A stretch of 64,000 bases of DNA, taken from the NCBI RefSeq assembly GCF_000150275.1, contig NW_002060974.1, positions 217,744 to 281,743 on the forward strand, written 5' to 3'. The stretch comes from Trichoplax adhaerens. Taxonomy: Eukaryota; Animalia; Placozoa. Of the stretch, positions 37,867 to 51,200 are shown piece by piece (the stretch's first letter is position 1; each line of letters begins with the position of its first letter). The notes below the pieces were generated by a model. It ran no database searches and was not told the origin of the DNA. It saw only the letters and a list, made by a program, of their open reading frames with translations. Made by a program: the position numbers and the translations under genes.

Positions 37867-40516
37867 ATGATAATGTAATTTTGAGAGACTTCTCATACAT
37901 AGAACAAGCCTCTTCATGCTTGCTTTGATTATAATATGCAGCTCCCATGTTGTTATATAATTTGGCAACATCGGGATGATTATGGCCAAAGACTGATAAT
38001 GTAATTTTGAGAGACTTCTCATACATAGAACAAGCCTCTTTATGCTTGCCTTGATATCTATATGCAGTTCCTATGTTGCTATATGATGCAGCAATATCGA
38101 AATGATTATGGCCAAAGACTGATAATCTAATTTTGAGAGACTTCTCATACATAGAAATAGCTTCTTCATGCTTGCCTTGATCAGAATATGCAGTTCCCAA
38201 GTTGTTATATGATGTAGCAACATCGGAATGATTATGGCCAAAGACTGACAATCTAACTTTGAGAGACTTCTCATACATAAAAATAGCCTCTTCATGCTTG
38301 CTTTGATGTAAATACACATTTCCTAGATTGTTATATGACACAGAAACATCGGAATGATTATGACCAAAGACTGACAATTGAATTTTGAGAGATTTCTTAT
38401 ACATAGAAATAGCCTCTTCATGCCTGCCTTGATTATCATACACATTTCCTAGATTGTTATATGATTTGGCAACAAGGGGATGATTATGACCAAAGACTGA
38501 TAATTTAATTTTAAGAGATTTGTCATACATAGAAATAGCTTCTTCATGCTTTCCTTGATTATAATACACATTTCCTAGATTGTTATATGATTTGGCAATA
38601 TCAGGATAATTATGACCAGAGGCTGACAATGTAATTTTGAGAGACTTCTCATACATAGAAATAGCCTCTTGATGTTTGCCTAGATTACCATACACATTTC
38701 CTAGATTGTTATACGATGCTGAAACATCGGGATGATTATGACTAAAGACTGACAATGTAATTTTGAGAGACTTCTCATACATAGAAATAGCCTCTGCATG
38801 CTTGCTTTGATCATAATATGCAGCTCCCATGTTGTTATATGATTTGGCAACATCGGGATGATTGTGGCCAAAGACTGATAATTGAATTTTGAGAGATTTA
38901 TCATACATAGAAATAGCCTCTTTATGCTTGCCTTGGTGTCTATATGCCTCTCCCATGTTGCTGTATGATTTGGCAACATGGGGATGATTATGACCAAAGA
39001 CTGATAATTGAATTTTGAGAGACTTCTCATACATAGAAATAGCTTCTTCATGCTTGCCTTGATAATGATATGTAGCTCCCATGTTGTTATATGTTGTAGC
39101 AATATCGGGATGATTATAACCAAAGACTAATAATGTAATTTTGAGAGACTTCTCAAACAAAAAAATAGCCTCATCATGCTTGCCTTGATTGGAATATGTA
39201 GATCCTATGTTGTTATATGACGCAGAAACATCGGGATGATTATGGCCAAAGACTGATGATGTAATTTTGAGAGACTTCTCATACATACAAATAGCCATTT
39301 CGTGTTTGCCTTGATGTCTATATGCCTCTCCCATATTGTTATATAATTTGGCAAGATCCGGATGATTATGGCCAAAGACTGACAATTGAATTTTGAGAGA
39401 CTTCTCATAACTAGAAATAGCCTCTTCATACTTGCTTTGATTACAATACACATTTCCTAGATTGTTATATGATTTTGCAAGATCGGGATGATTATGGCGA
39501 AAGACTAACGATGCAATTTTAATAGATTTCTGATACATAGAAATAGCCTCTTTATGCTTGCCTTGAACTAAATACGCATTTCCTAGATTGTTATATGATT
39601 TGGCAACATTGGAATGATCGAGACTAAAGACTGACAGTGTAATTTTGAGAGACTTTTCATACATAGAAATAGCCTCTTCATACTTGCCTTGCTTGCAATA
39701 CACATTTCCTAGATTGTTATATGATCCAGAAACATCGGGATGATTATGGCCAAAGAGCGACAATCTAATTTTGAGAGATTTCTCATACATAGAAACAGCC
39801 TCTTCATGATTGCCTTGATTAGAATATATCTTTCCCATGCTGTTATATGATTTGACAATATTGGGATGATTATGACCAAAGACTGACAATTGAATTTTGA
39901 GAGACTTTTCATACATAGAAATAGCCTCTTCATGCTTGCCTTGTTTATCATACACATTTCCTAAATTGTTATATAATTTGGCAACATCAGAATGATTATG
40001 GCCAAAGATTGATAATGTAATTTTGAGGGACTTGTCATATATAGAAATAGCCTCATCATGCTTGCCTTGATTAAAATATGCGTTTCCTACGTTGTTATAT
40101 GATCTAGTAATATCAGGATGATGGCGATCAAGGATTGATAATCTAATGTTGAGTGACTTTTCAAGCATAGAAATAGCCTCTTTATAATTACCCTGATCAT
40201 AGTAAATGATTCCTATCTCGTTATATGAATTAGCGATGCTCGGATTATATTCTACTATACACCTTAATTTTATATCAACCGACTTCATATAACTATTCAG
40301 TGCCTCATTCCAGTCTCGTTCCACTTGCTTAATATCACCATATCTATGTAAGCTTTCCGCAATCATCATTTCATCTTTTAGCTTCTCAGCTATTTCTCGC
40401 GCTTTTTCTGTTAATTGTTTAGCCTTTATACGTTCGCTTTGCTGTAAATATATGCCACTAAGAAGAAGGCAGACATGATATTGAAGTCGATCAGGATCAA
40501 TAGTACATGTAGACAT
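37820..40516 (-). CDS. Intronless protein with 42-aa TPR-like repeats (kinesin-light-chain/nephrocystin-3-like TPR class); 19 repeats before a frameshift
   Basis: 898-aa ORF made of NHPDVAKSYNNLGNVYxxQGKHEEAISMYEKSLKITLSVFGH units with 126-bp periodicity. Confidence 0.88.
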   Translation of the reverse strand: MSTCTIDPDRLQYHVCLLLSGIYLQQSERIKAKQLTEKAREIAEKLKDEMMIAESLHRYGDIKQVERDWNEALNSYMKSVDIKLRCIVEYNPSIANSYNEIGIIYYDQGNYKEAISMLEKSLNIRLSILDRHHPDITRSYNNVGNAYFNQGKHDEAISIYDKSLKITLSIFGHNHSDVAKLYNNLGNVYDKQGKHEEAISMYEKSLKIQLSVFGHNHPNIVKSYNSMGKIYSNQGNHEEAVSMYEKSLKIRLSLFGHNHPDVSGSYNNLGNVYCKQGKYEEAISMYEKSLKITLSVFSLDHSNVAKSYNNLGNAYLVQGKHKEAISMYQKSIKIASLVFRHNHPDLAKSYNNLGNVYCNQSKYEEAISSYEKSLKIQLSVFGHNHPDLAKLYNNMGEAYRHQGKHEMAICMYEKSLKITSSVFGHNHPDVSASYNNIGSTYSNQGKHDEAIFLFEKSLKITLLVFGYNHPDIATTYNNMGATYHYQGKHEEAISMYEKSLKIQLSVFGHNHPHVAKSYSNMGEAYRHQGKHKEAISMYDKSLKIQLSVFGHNHPDVAKSYNNMGAAYYDQSKHAEAISMYEKSLKITLSVFSHNHPDVSASYNNLGNVYGNLGKHQEAISMYEKSLKITLSASGHNYPDIAKSYNNLGNVYYNQGKHEEAISMYDKSLKIKLSVFGHNHPLVAKSYNNLGNVYDNQGRHEEAISMYKKSLKIQLSVFGHNHSDVSVSYNNLGNVYLHQSKHEEAIFMYEKSLKVRLSVFGHNHSDVATSYNNLGTAYSDQGKHEEAISMYEKSLKIRLSVFGHNHFDIAASYSNIGTAYRYQGKHKEACSMYEKSLKITLSVFGHNHPDVAKLYNNMGAAYYNQSKHEEACSMYEKSLKITLSFLVIIIPMLLHHITI

Positions 40517-43500
40517 TGCTTGAATTTTATTGAAAATTCGTGTATAATAAATAAAATATCGCCAGATTAAAATTACCAGATTGATGGAATAGTACTGCTT
40601 TTACCTATAATGAGTTTATTCCTTGTAATTGAAGGATCGATAATTCATGAATCAATTCAAAAAATCTGATGAAAATTAAATAGATTTCGTACCAAGCTAC
40701 CTATATTAACGAGTGTACTATACAATTCAACCTTGTAACTGTATATTCGAGTAAAACGAAAATTGTGATAATATAACTATTGCAAGTAGCTTCCTTTACT
40801 TTCAAAATTTCAAATTTATCATCACTTAAGACTTACTTTTTTTGATGTTATTCTACCGTAACGTGATAAAATGTTGCAATAGTTTTTAGGGCATCAGCGA
40901 GTAAATGTTATTTTACTTGCAATCGCGCTCGTAATGTAGTGCTGCCAAAGTATAATCACGTGCAGAACCTGATGTAATATCTACTACAGCACGAAGTTTT
41001 TACACGGCAGTGTAAACTACTAGTGACCAGCATGATGAAAATTACAGTAACTACTGTGATTTGCACGCGATTGCACAGTTGGTTGTTGTCTATTTATTTA
41101 TTGTAGTTTTGGTGCCGCTGTTTCACGTAATGATGGTGTGCTACGGGATAATTTATGCATAGCTATCGTAATATAGTTTTCATAAAACAATTTATCTAGA
41201 AATGTATTTATATTAGCTTATCTATGACGCTAGACATACTTTTAATAGATAACTGCATAATTTTGCTCAATATTATCTATAAACTGATAATTAATGTTTA
41301 TGTTGATTTATTATAAATTGACGGACTTTTTCAATCAAGTTTGTGTTCAGTTCTGTCTAAAAGAGACTAGTGTTTTGTTACTGTCCCTCCTGACGATAGG
41401 AGATCGTCAGGAATTAGAGTTGTACAATAGGTTAATGTCAGGAAGTACAAACCTGACAATAAACTCATAGTGTGCAATTTCTGTAATAGTTAACTTTTTC
41501 CACCTTACAAATTTCGATTTGTAACATGGTGATATCTTAAAACGTAATATATTTTTAGGTTTAGGCAACAAAATTGCTCTAAAATAGACATTACTACAGT
41601 ATTGTGATCTCTACAATGTAGAGTCATAATAATACTGTAAAAGCTTGGATTTAAAATTTTACGAAGTAAATGCTGTGGAAGACAAATTAAATAAGTCAAT
41701 AGTATCATACAATCCATCAGCATGGCGCAACAAAAATTGGTTCCTGCAACCCTGGGCTCTATATTTCCTTGGCAGTATCTTTTACTTACTCCAGTAACTA
41801 TTTCTTGCTAGCCTTTTGAATATTGTATACATATGTTATCTAATCATTTACCTTAAAACTATCCTTAGGCTCCAAATCTTCTTCTTTTATACCTCTCGTT
41901 AGTCCATTACATTTTGTAAAGATATTTGTAGATAACTTCTACGTAACGACTTTTGCTTTTAAGGTGAAATTTTATCTGTAGGCGTCCCTGCTCCTAGTCA
42001 TTATCTTATATTTTACTTTTATACTATTCGTTATATACTGATACATTTAGTATATTTTTAGTATGTTAAATTCCATATAGTGTACACAGGGGCCGCAATT
42101 CTTCGTTTTTCTCTCAATCTTCCAACACAAATCCCGATTTCTACAGGTGAGAGTCTCATTTTAACCTATGCGAACTTTTCGTCTTCTATCACCTCATTTA
42201 TTTACTAACTTATTTTCTTATCACAAATTGAGTTAGTATAATTTATATGAGACTGCTTACTACCACTCGTTAATCGATTTGATGACTAAATTATTAGGGA
42301 CTATCTCTATCCCTATCGAGCTAAAATTATCTAACTTACCACAACAGAACTGACAGCTTATATCCAGTTAGTACAATCAAGTATTTGTACGGTGGATACA
42401 AGCACAAATGAAGAAGGACTGGAAAAGTAATCTAAACTTATGTGATGAAGAGTTCGATAATTCAGCGATAGTAGATTTAGCAGGTATTTAGAGATGAACA
42501 CGAATGCGTTAAGTAAGAAAATCGGTTCTTTATTATAGAATAAAAGTGCGGAGTAGTTACGGTAGAGCAGCGTATAAGGCATGTTAGAGTAAAGTGAAAA
42601 TAATTAATTCTGTGACTCTTGCAACTTGTTGTGTCGAATTCTACAATATTGTCCTCTACATGTGTACTCATAATTTCTGCCTCAGATTCACTTCAAAAAA
42701 AACTAAGCTATTTAGAAGCAATTTACAAGCTGATAAAGTCTGCCGTTAGATTTTCAACCGCAGGTTATGGTATTGATAAGATTTTCTCGATGACTGTTGT
42801 TTAATACGAAGATAATAGAGGATTTATGTTTCATGTTTGCTATGAAATTATGAAATCGAAGTCAAATTATCCATTTGCATTTTCTAGATTTCAATTTGAT
42901 CAAAATTATGAAAAGCTATTAAGACACTCTAAATGCGTATCTTATAACAAGAACAATTATGAGGCTTCCTAGATTTAGTAAATCTTGTACTAGGAAATAG
43001 GTCATAGGTTAGTCAACCGATGATTGAAAGAGTCTGGTAGGAGACTTTTGCAAGTATGAATCATTAGTTAGATTAATTTAGGGTTTGCATTTGTCCTTTC
43101 AATAGTATAATTGGGTCTTGTCAAGAATTTTTACAATAGTGTTTCATTGGTTTGTTGAATTGCCGACCGCAGGTGTATATAGAAACTACAGTTGTAGAAA
43201 TATGAACGTGGAATCTGGGTTAATTGTATGATTTAGAATTAGGTAAATGATTACCCTTAGCCAGAGTTATTATTTTGATCAGTATAGAAGAGCTTCTATT
43301 TAAGTTAAGATATATTTTTGTATCACTTATGGCTAGGTTTAATATTTCTATTAGCAGATTATACAGTAGATATAAATATTTATCGAGCACCAACATTGCA
43401 TCTCTATCAAATTTATTTATGTTCTCATCATAAAAGTGCTTATGGACTTTCAGTTATATGAACGTAGGCTGAAATCTTTATAATTCAAACTATTTGTACA

Positions 43501-44264
43501 GTAAAGCCAACGGCAAATAGGAAAACAAAAATTGAATTCGCAATGAGTGGAATGGACGAGAATGCCTACTCTGCAGTTGTACCATATGACGACGTTAATT
43601 CCATATTTTCTTATATTCAAGATAAAAATCATCGAAGTGGTGATCGCAACAATCAGCATGTTTACCAGCAGTAATGCACCCCATACCGGTCGGTAGTTGA
43701 TTATAGTGATAGCTATACTTAAGTCAATTGGATTAGTCTATTATGCTATTGTTAATACCCGATAAAGTGTTGATTGTAAATATTGGTCATTGCTAGATAT
43801 AATAATTACTAATGATAGTAGATCAGTTAAGTTTGTTACATCATTCAATCGATGTGCTGAGATTTGAAGATGTCTGATATCTTACGGTGTCGGGTATTAA
43901 TAGAAGAATGATGGTATCTTAAGTAAGCAGATTCGGCTCTTAGAATGAGTTGATTATTTTTTAGAGGATAAGTATTCAATTGACAACTCAAATCTGATTG
44001 TAGGCAGTTTTTTTGCGTCACTAAATTGATCAAATGCTATTTGCGTTGCAGATAGAAGCATCTAATTCATTTGAAGCTTAGAATGTTCTACTTTAGATTC
44101 TCATTGCTACTCTACTAGTCTAAAACCGTATAAATAGCTGATAACTATAAGGTGCTATAATTTAGAATGGCTGTACGTGCAGAAAGAATTAAAGACGATC
44201 TTGATGTATGATACTTATGTTTCATAATGATATCGTTGAATAATGCGCAAGCTAATGACAGAAA

Positions 44265-44800
44265 ATCAATATGGTTTATAACATAGTCTGTAAGAAACCA
44301 GGCAAAAGAAGAGGCTTTATATGCTAAAAAAAAAATAATCAATGAATACGAAAGAGAAGTTATCTCATTCCAGTACTTCACTAGGGCATTTCCTTAACGT
44401 AAGGTGCGACCTAAGGCTTTAGCCGTAGAAAATGTTAAAGAATATGAAGGAGAAACTATCCTATTTTCATCCTTTAATAGGGCATTTCCAGAACGTATAA
44501 TCCAAGAAAGGCTTTATCTACTGGAAAACAATAAAGAATATAACGGATAAGCTATCTCATTCCAGTTTTGAAGTCAACATGGTTTATAACATCATCTGCG
44601 CAAAATATGGTGAAAAGGACAGGTGTTATCTGCAAAATAATCAAAAAATGTGAAACTATCTTATTCCAGTCCTTTAGTATGGGATTTCATGAACGTATGT
44701 TTGCAGGAACAGGCTTTATCTATAGGAAAAAATAAAAAAATATAAAGGAGAAGCTATCTCATTCCAGTTTTTAAATAGAGCATTTTATGAATGTATGAGG
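44265..44800. repeat. Degenerate tandem repeat, ~96-100 bp unit, about 5 copies
   Basis: AGGCTTTA..AAAGAATAT..GAAGCTATCTCATTCCAG..AGGGCATTTC recurs at ~44312, 44414, 44510, ~44620 and 44711. Confidence 0.75.
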
Positions 44801-46354
44801 CTAATGAAACTAGAAATGACAAGCAAAAGTTGGCGTACTTGTAATTCTTTCAGTGACACTGTACGCCTGCATGCTTTATCTATTCGCTTTTACTACAACA
44901 AACTAGCTACAGCACTAATTAGCTATTGAACACCATCTACTTTTTCGTTATCATTACTCTGGCAGCTAGTAATTAGATATTGTTTCTCCTGCCATTCTTC
45001 TCTATAGTTCCAAGTTGATATAGTGAATGCCAATCTATACTTTGTGTTTCAGATATCTTAAATTCTAGTCTCGTATTTATAGAGTTGGTGTCTATTGAAT
45101 TGCACTATCGTAACTTATCGATGATAGTTAAATACTATATATTTACTTTGGGATCTATGTGCTATAACTTTAGTGCGTAACAATATTATTGACAATTAGC
45201 AGTAATCTCAAATCCTATTACAGTCTCGTAAACTTATCCATCCTTGAGTACATAGAGTAGAATTGATTAGGGTCCTAAATAGAGGAAATAGTTCTAATTC
45301 TGACGATCTTATTTAGTAACCCTATTTCACATACTATTAGGGTTGCTCAAGTGTCTTTACGACTGAATCATAAATACTGTGTTGTAAATTTGAATTATAA
45401 AAATCTGCAACGGAATATCTAGCAGTAATCTAGACAATTACAATAATTGCTTGTCACAGTCCAACTTGCAAACTTTCTGCTTTGCAAAAGATGCATTGAA
45501 AGTCTAGGCAATCGAGCATTAGCTAAATTTTGTACCCCAATCATTTCTAAAAACTTGAAAAATTGAGAATGATGATCATTTATTTTACTACGACTCACAC
45601 GTCATTATATCTTCTTTATTAAGTTGATCTTTTACTACCCTTTCATATTACGAGAATTAAATAAATAGTTTAATATTAGCGATAAAGTTAAGTCTAAGCG
45701 AGTAAATATGCTTGTCTACTGTTATAAATTCTTTTATACAGTAGCCGCCGTAATATAACTTCTATAATGGGAAATTGTTGGCATATGTCAGAGAGGAAAA
45801 GCTCGACTGTAAGCTCGTAGTGGTATGCATATTTGCTATGTTTGCTAATTTAGTTTCAATACTATATCGCGATAGTCACAATAGAATTTTGTCACGATTT
45901 ACACTGCTTAAGCGTTAATAGTTCTTTGAACTTGATACATTTGAGCATATTTCTTTAATAGCTTAAGGGAGGAGGAGGAATAGAGTTTAATACTGTAGAA
46001 GGTCATTAAAATGATTCAAAACAGTTGGTAGCCTTGCGATGTTCAACTCGCTGCTTGCTAATTTTATTTATTGAAGAAGTACTGCACGTAAAGAAGAAAG
46101 ACCATTGCATGATTCTCCAAATTGATTTTCGATGCCGGTTGGGTGGCACAATTTAAATACAATGTACGGAAGAGGCGGAATTAATCCTTTAATGTATGCT
46201 AACTTTTGTTACTTATTAACGCAAGATGTGCTTATACGTATTAATTTGTTAGTATAGCCTTAGGCATGAGGAAAAAAATTGACGCTCTCTAACTGATTAT
46301 GAATACGTTAATAGTCATTACGATTAATTAATCGCAGGCCGAGATTTACTTACT

Positions 46355-46610
46355 TAGCGGAAAGTGAAGTTGTGAGCCCTCCCCCCCCCCCCGTAGGTAA
46401 CCTGATTGGCTCCGAAAGGCAAAACAAGAGTCAAGAGGAAGAAAACAAAGCGCCGCTAGCGATGGCCAAAGTTTACAGTAAAATATTAATAAGTGATGGT
46501 CCCAGCATAGGAATATTTGTGTTAGAGTTTTGTTCAAAATTGGTTGTCAAATAAGATGGGCCCGGATCGTATAAAAGGGTCTTAGAGGGAGAGCTAAAGT
46601 AGCCTCTCAG
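46355..46610 (+). promoter_or_regulatory. Probable TATA/CCAAT promoter of the downstream CARD-like/ZU5/SH2 gene
   Basis: A locally GC-richer island with C12 (46381-46392), inverted CCAAT boxes (GATTGG ~46404, AATTGG ~46538) and TATAAAAG at 46570-46577. The ATG at 48240 sits 2 nt after an acceptor (TTTTCACAG|TCATG), which implies a non-coding first exon. Confidence 0.5.
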
Positions 46611-48239
46611 ATTTGCTAAGTCGCGATTACTAGACTAACGTTCTACTATTAGCTATAGCCTTTTTATTGTTAATATTCTGTAACCTATTATGTATATGTG
46701 TATGTATTAAAGTTATTCTTATCCTAAGGCACTTAGTCTCAGCATTATTGTGAACCAGTAGTTCGGAATAATTTAGGAGTAACAATTATTACACATTCTT
46801 ATGTTAATTGATACATTATCATCGAAATGATTAAGATTTGTTGTGTTAAATTATTACCGGTAAACTCTCCGCTCAAAAGAACGATTAGAAAATCAAATAT
46901 ACTATTAAAAATCGTATTGCCCTAATTTGCTACTTATAAAATATCATTTCACTTCGCTGACAGTGAGCATACATCATAAAAAAGAGTCTATTTCATGAGT
47001 ACACTAATTATTCAAGCTTATTAATTTTTAATTAAGATCGTGATATCTTAAAGATTCATTCCATGGTTTCTATTTAATTGAAGGAAGTTACTCAATATCT
47101 GCCGTACTAATTAGGCTATTAAGCTATTATAGTGATTATTTATCCTCGAATTTAAATCTACAATGTATTGCAGTGACTCAATTTTTAATCAACTACGTTA
47201 ATATCTTATTATTGACGATCTAAAAAGTAATATTAGTAAAGTGATTTAGTAGTGCAAGGAAAGGATAGGAAGTGAAATGAAGGCAGGAATTTAGTGGCCT
47301 TTACAGCTCGAAATGCCAATCTTTATATTTTAAATTAAATCCAAATTGCTTCATTAAGTAAATCAAGATTATTGCAGTTGCCATAGTGGTTTTTCAAAGA
47401 AGATAAAATATATAGCTGTTTATTTTTTGAATAGCTAAGATATATTAGGGACAACAGGGTGATAGGATATAATTTAATATATCCAAAAAGTAAAAGATGC
47501 TATTCTAGAATTGATCGTGATAGCTGTATCTTAATAGATTCAGGAAGAACAATAAAATAGATTTCCTTGTACTAATTCACGTTTTTCATCACTATGAAAG
47601 GAGAAGTTTAAAAGCGATCATTTTGGAGTGAAGAAAAGAAGAATAATCTATTAGAAAATGACGATTACATTTATTACATCTTCTTTATATAATTCATCGA
47701 CGAAAGCTGATAGTTCCTGTAGCCATTTTGAACTAGTTTATCCACTATTATTACGCTAATTAATGAAATCATTAACCAGCCATTGGCTAAGTGCTTTGAA
47801 TATCAGTAGAATAATTAAGACCATTGTTACTTAATATATCCTTAAGGCGCCACATCAATAAATGGAAAGTAAGTTTAGTAATTTATTTTATCCTACATGA
47901 GATATATACTGAATAAATTCCATTATCTTATCGTTATATCATCATAATAATGATGCTTTAATATAAATAAATAATAATTAGAATGCCATGAAGACTTACA
48001 ATTGTATTACTGCAAGAACCTAAGCGGTAGTGATTTTTCGTTAACATTACATCTAGGTGCGGTTTTAGGTAGTTTTGATTGTTTTACAGACGAAAGTAAT
48101 TGATCCAGTAGATCAATTTGGTTTAAATCGAGATTAATCGGCGTTGCTGGAGAACTGCAGCTATACGAGCGTATGTCTTGTCTTTTAATTCTATTGATTG
48201 AATACTGTTTTTCTAGCTTCATTGATCTATTTCACAGTC

Positions 48240-51200
48240 ATGAGTGACGAAGATGACATTTACGACGAATATGTACCCATCAGAAAAAATTTACTTTGTA
48301 TCAAGAATGCTTACGATCAATTTGTATCAAAATTAGCCAAAAAATTACCGACCAAATCTTTTTACAAAGGAGCTTTCCAGTTCGGTATTATTGATCATCA
48401 TCAAGTTGCATGTAAGCAAATTGATATCAATGAAAAAATTTTGGGTGCTATCGATCCTGAGCAGTTCGATGATATCAAAGATTGGCTATCGATGATGTTT
48501 GATGATGATCAATGCCGTCCATTTGCTCGTGAATTCATCGAAGAATTAAGTAAAGAATTAGGTGAATCAAGCCTGGAACAACTGTTAGAAAACGTATATA
48601 TAAAAGATGGTAAGAACTGAATAAAAGAATATGCTGCTTGATGCAAAGTACCTACGTTAGTTTCCAAGTATTCTTTTAGATTTTAGGTTATATAATAAGA
48701 ATATATTAACTAGCTATACTAACTTGTTGCGTCCTTAATCTACCGGAACTTGCATAAAATATTGATAGTTTTACAGTTTCCATCAGTGAATTAGAGGAGA
48801 AAAAATCTAGAGTTTTTACCAGAAGTGCGGCAATGTAGTCTCCTAAGGCCGAAATTACCCTGATATACTCATATGTCCGAAAGTTCAATTTAATGATCAT
48901 TTCTATACTTATAACGTACCTAGCATCTGTGCTCATGCATAAATGCACTGCTCTACATGGGATCTTACTATCTACCCAATAGCCGGCCCTTTATGTGGAA
49001 TTGATCGTATACTTAAAATTTAAATATTCTACTGCTATAGAATACATCTAGTGCATTACATTGCCTATATTAACCAAAATATCAAATTTTACGGAAGGTA
49101 TTTCGCTCTTAGAATAACTAATACTGATCGCCATTGAAAGTTGATTCTTGAACAAGGAAAATATCGTAGAAATAGATTGCTTTGACAGATTAAAAATAAA
49201 AATTAATGCTTAGGTGGAAATGTCATACCTTAATTATAGCTAAAAGGCATCGTCATAAACCAGCGATTATGACCGCAGTAAAAAAATAAACTTCAGCTTG
49301 GCATGCTCATCTCACGGTATCTTATTAACAGATCAAATATAAGTTGCACTAATAAATAATGCCTATACATGTATGCAAGGGTGGAAGCTAAGATGAATGA
49401 AAGTTTAGAGCATATTAATGAATATTAGCACAGAATTATCGCTAATATACAACTTCCGTGATTGAAGTTGAATGTTAGTTCTACATTCTCAAAGATAATG
49501 TTATCCTGTAATGATGAACTAAACAGATAAAATATTGATTAGACTAATCATAGAATTAATAATGCCGATGCATGAATGTAAGAGTGGAAGTTAAGATGAA
49601 TAAAAGTTTAGAGTAAATTGAAACATCGTCCATATTACGTTTCATATCCCACGAAAGACAATACTTTAGCATGATATTAATCTAAATTACTTACGCATCA
49701 TTTACATATTCGCAAGGTAATTAAAACTTCGTCACTATTACATTTACATACTATAAGATGCTAATTCATTTTTATAGTAATAAAGTTATCGTAACACTTA
49801 AATATCATTACTACAAATCTTATAGTTTATAATTGGAAGCATTTACAAATTATTAGTTGTAGCTAAGTCAATATACAATATTTTTGATCATAAATTTCTT
49901 TATCGCCGCAACACAAAAACTTGAATTGCAAATGACGTGGACGGATATCTAAACGAGGAACAAATCGGAATATTTCTTTGACAGTTCAATGTACTTTATT
50001 AGTTAATTGTACAGTGCCCAAGAAATGTTTATTTAAATTCTTGTTTTTCCTGGTACCAACTTATAATTTACATTATGACATTTGATTAGTATAGTAACAC
50101 GGTATAGGTATGTGTGAATGTGCAGACCTCAAAGTCCTAGTTTACATTGGCTTCTATTCCAAGCCGCATACCTCAAAGCAGTAGCTTCTATATACCTGAA
50201 TTATACTCTAATATCGCTTTCAGTAGAATAATAGGTTGCTCTATACTAAAGATAATTACTAAATTGATGTCATTAGTAAAAATACTTTTATTTGCATTGA
50301 GATTAGTCATAGTTTTCATTTTAACATAATTTCAAAGTTAATATGCCTATACTTGCTATCAAAGGCATTTTTAGTAATTATTTCTCTGATATTTACTTCT
50401 ATAATTTCTTGATACTATCATTCACTTTTCGTCGTTATTCTATCATTACAGGATACTTACTGTATAGACTAAATATAATTTTCATTTAAACATCATTTCT
50501 AGTTAATAGACCTGTAATTAATATCAAAGGGCATTTTTAGCCCTTTTTTCGACAATTCTTTTTACATTTTACGATCTTCAATATTCTGTCATTGCAGGAT
50601 TCTTTGTCATTTCAAACGAAGTTGAAGGAGGTAAGAGCTATCTTGTATCATGTTAACAAGTAAAGTAGTTCATTTATAAGTACGTAAAATTTTCTAATTT
50701 AGAATTTACAAGTAATAAAGATACATTTTACTGGCTGTAGTTGTTAAACTGATTCAATAGATAATATCGTTTCAATGTTTGGGATGATTGATTGAACGAT
50801 CTTACTTCTATTAGAATCATCATATTGCAAAGCTTGCTAATACTAGTCTTGTAGAACTATGCATAGTTTATTAGGCTATACTGCCATTAATAAAACACTT
50901 TCATCTTTTATTTAATCTTCTTGAAGCGAGATAGTCAAAGTTATTTGAAGGCTAATTCCCTTTAGACAAACTTGTAATCTAATTCATCTTCATTGTGATA
51001 TGATGTTGATTAGTCTATAGCCTACATTATGAATCATATTTGATTAACATGCACCATACAGTTCTTGGATCCATCTTAGCCGTTGCTTTAAATATTTACC
51101 AGGATCCTCATTTAAATCAGTCCAAGTCGATGCAGATGAGCCAGTTATCATTATTAAAGGTAAGGTTGTTAAGGAGTTATTATGTCCATTGAATATTCAC

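Noticed and set aside
36332-39957. Short overlapping minus-strand ORFs (MKRLFLCMRSLSK...)
   Set aside because: They are alternative-frame shadows of the 126-bp TPR repeat, not separate genes.
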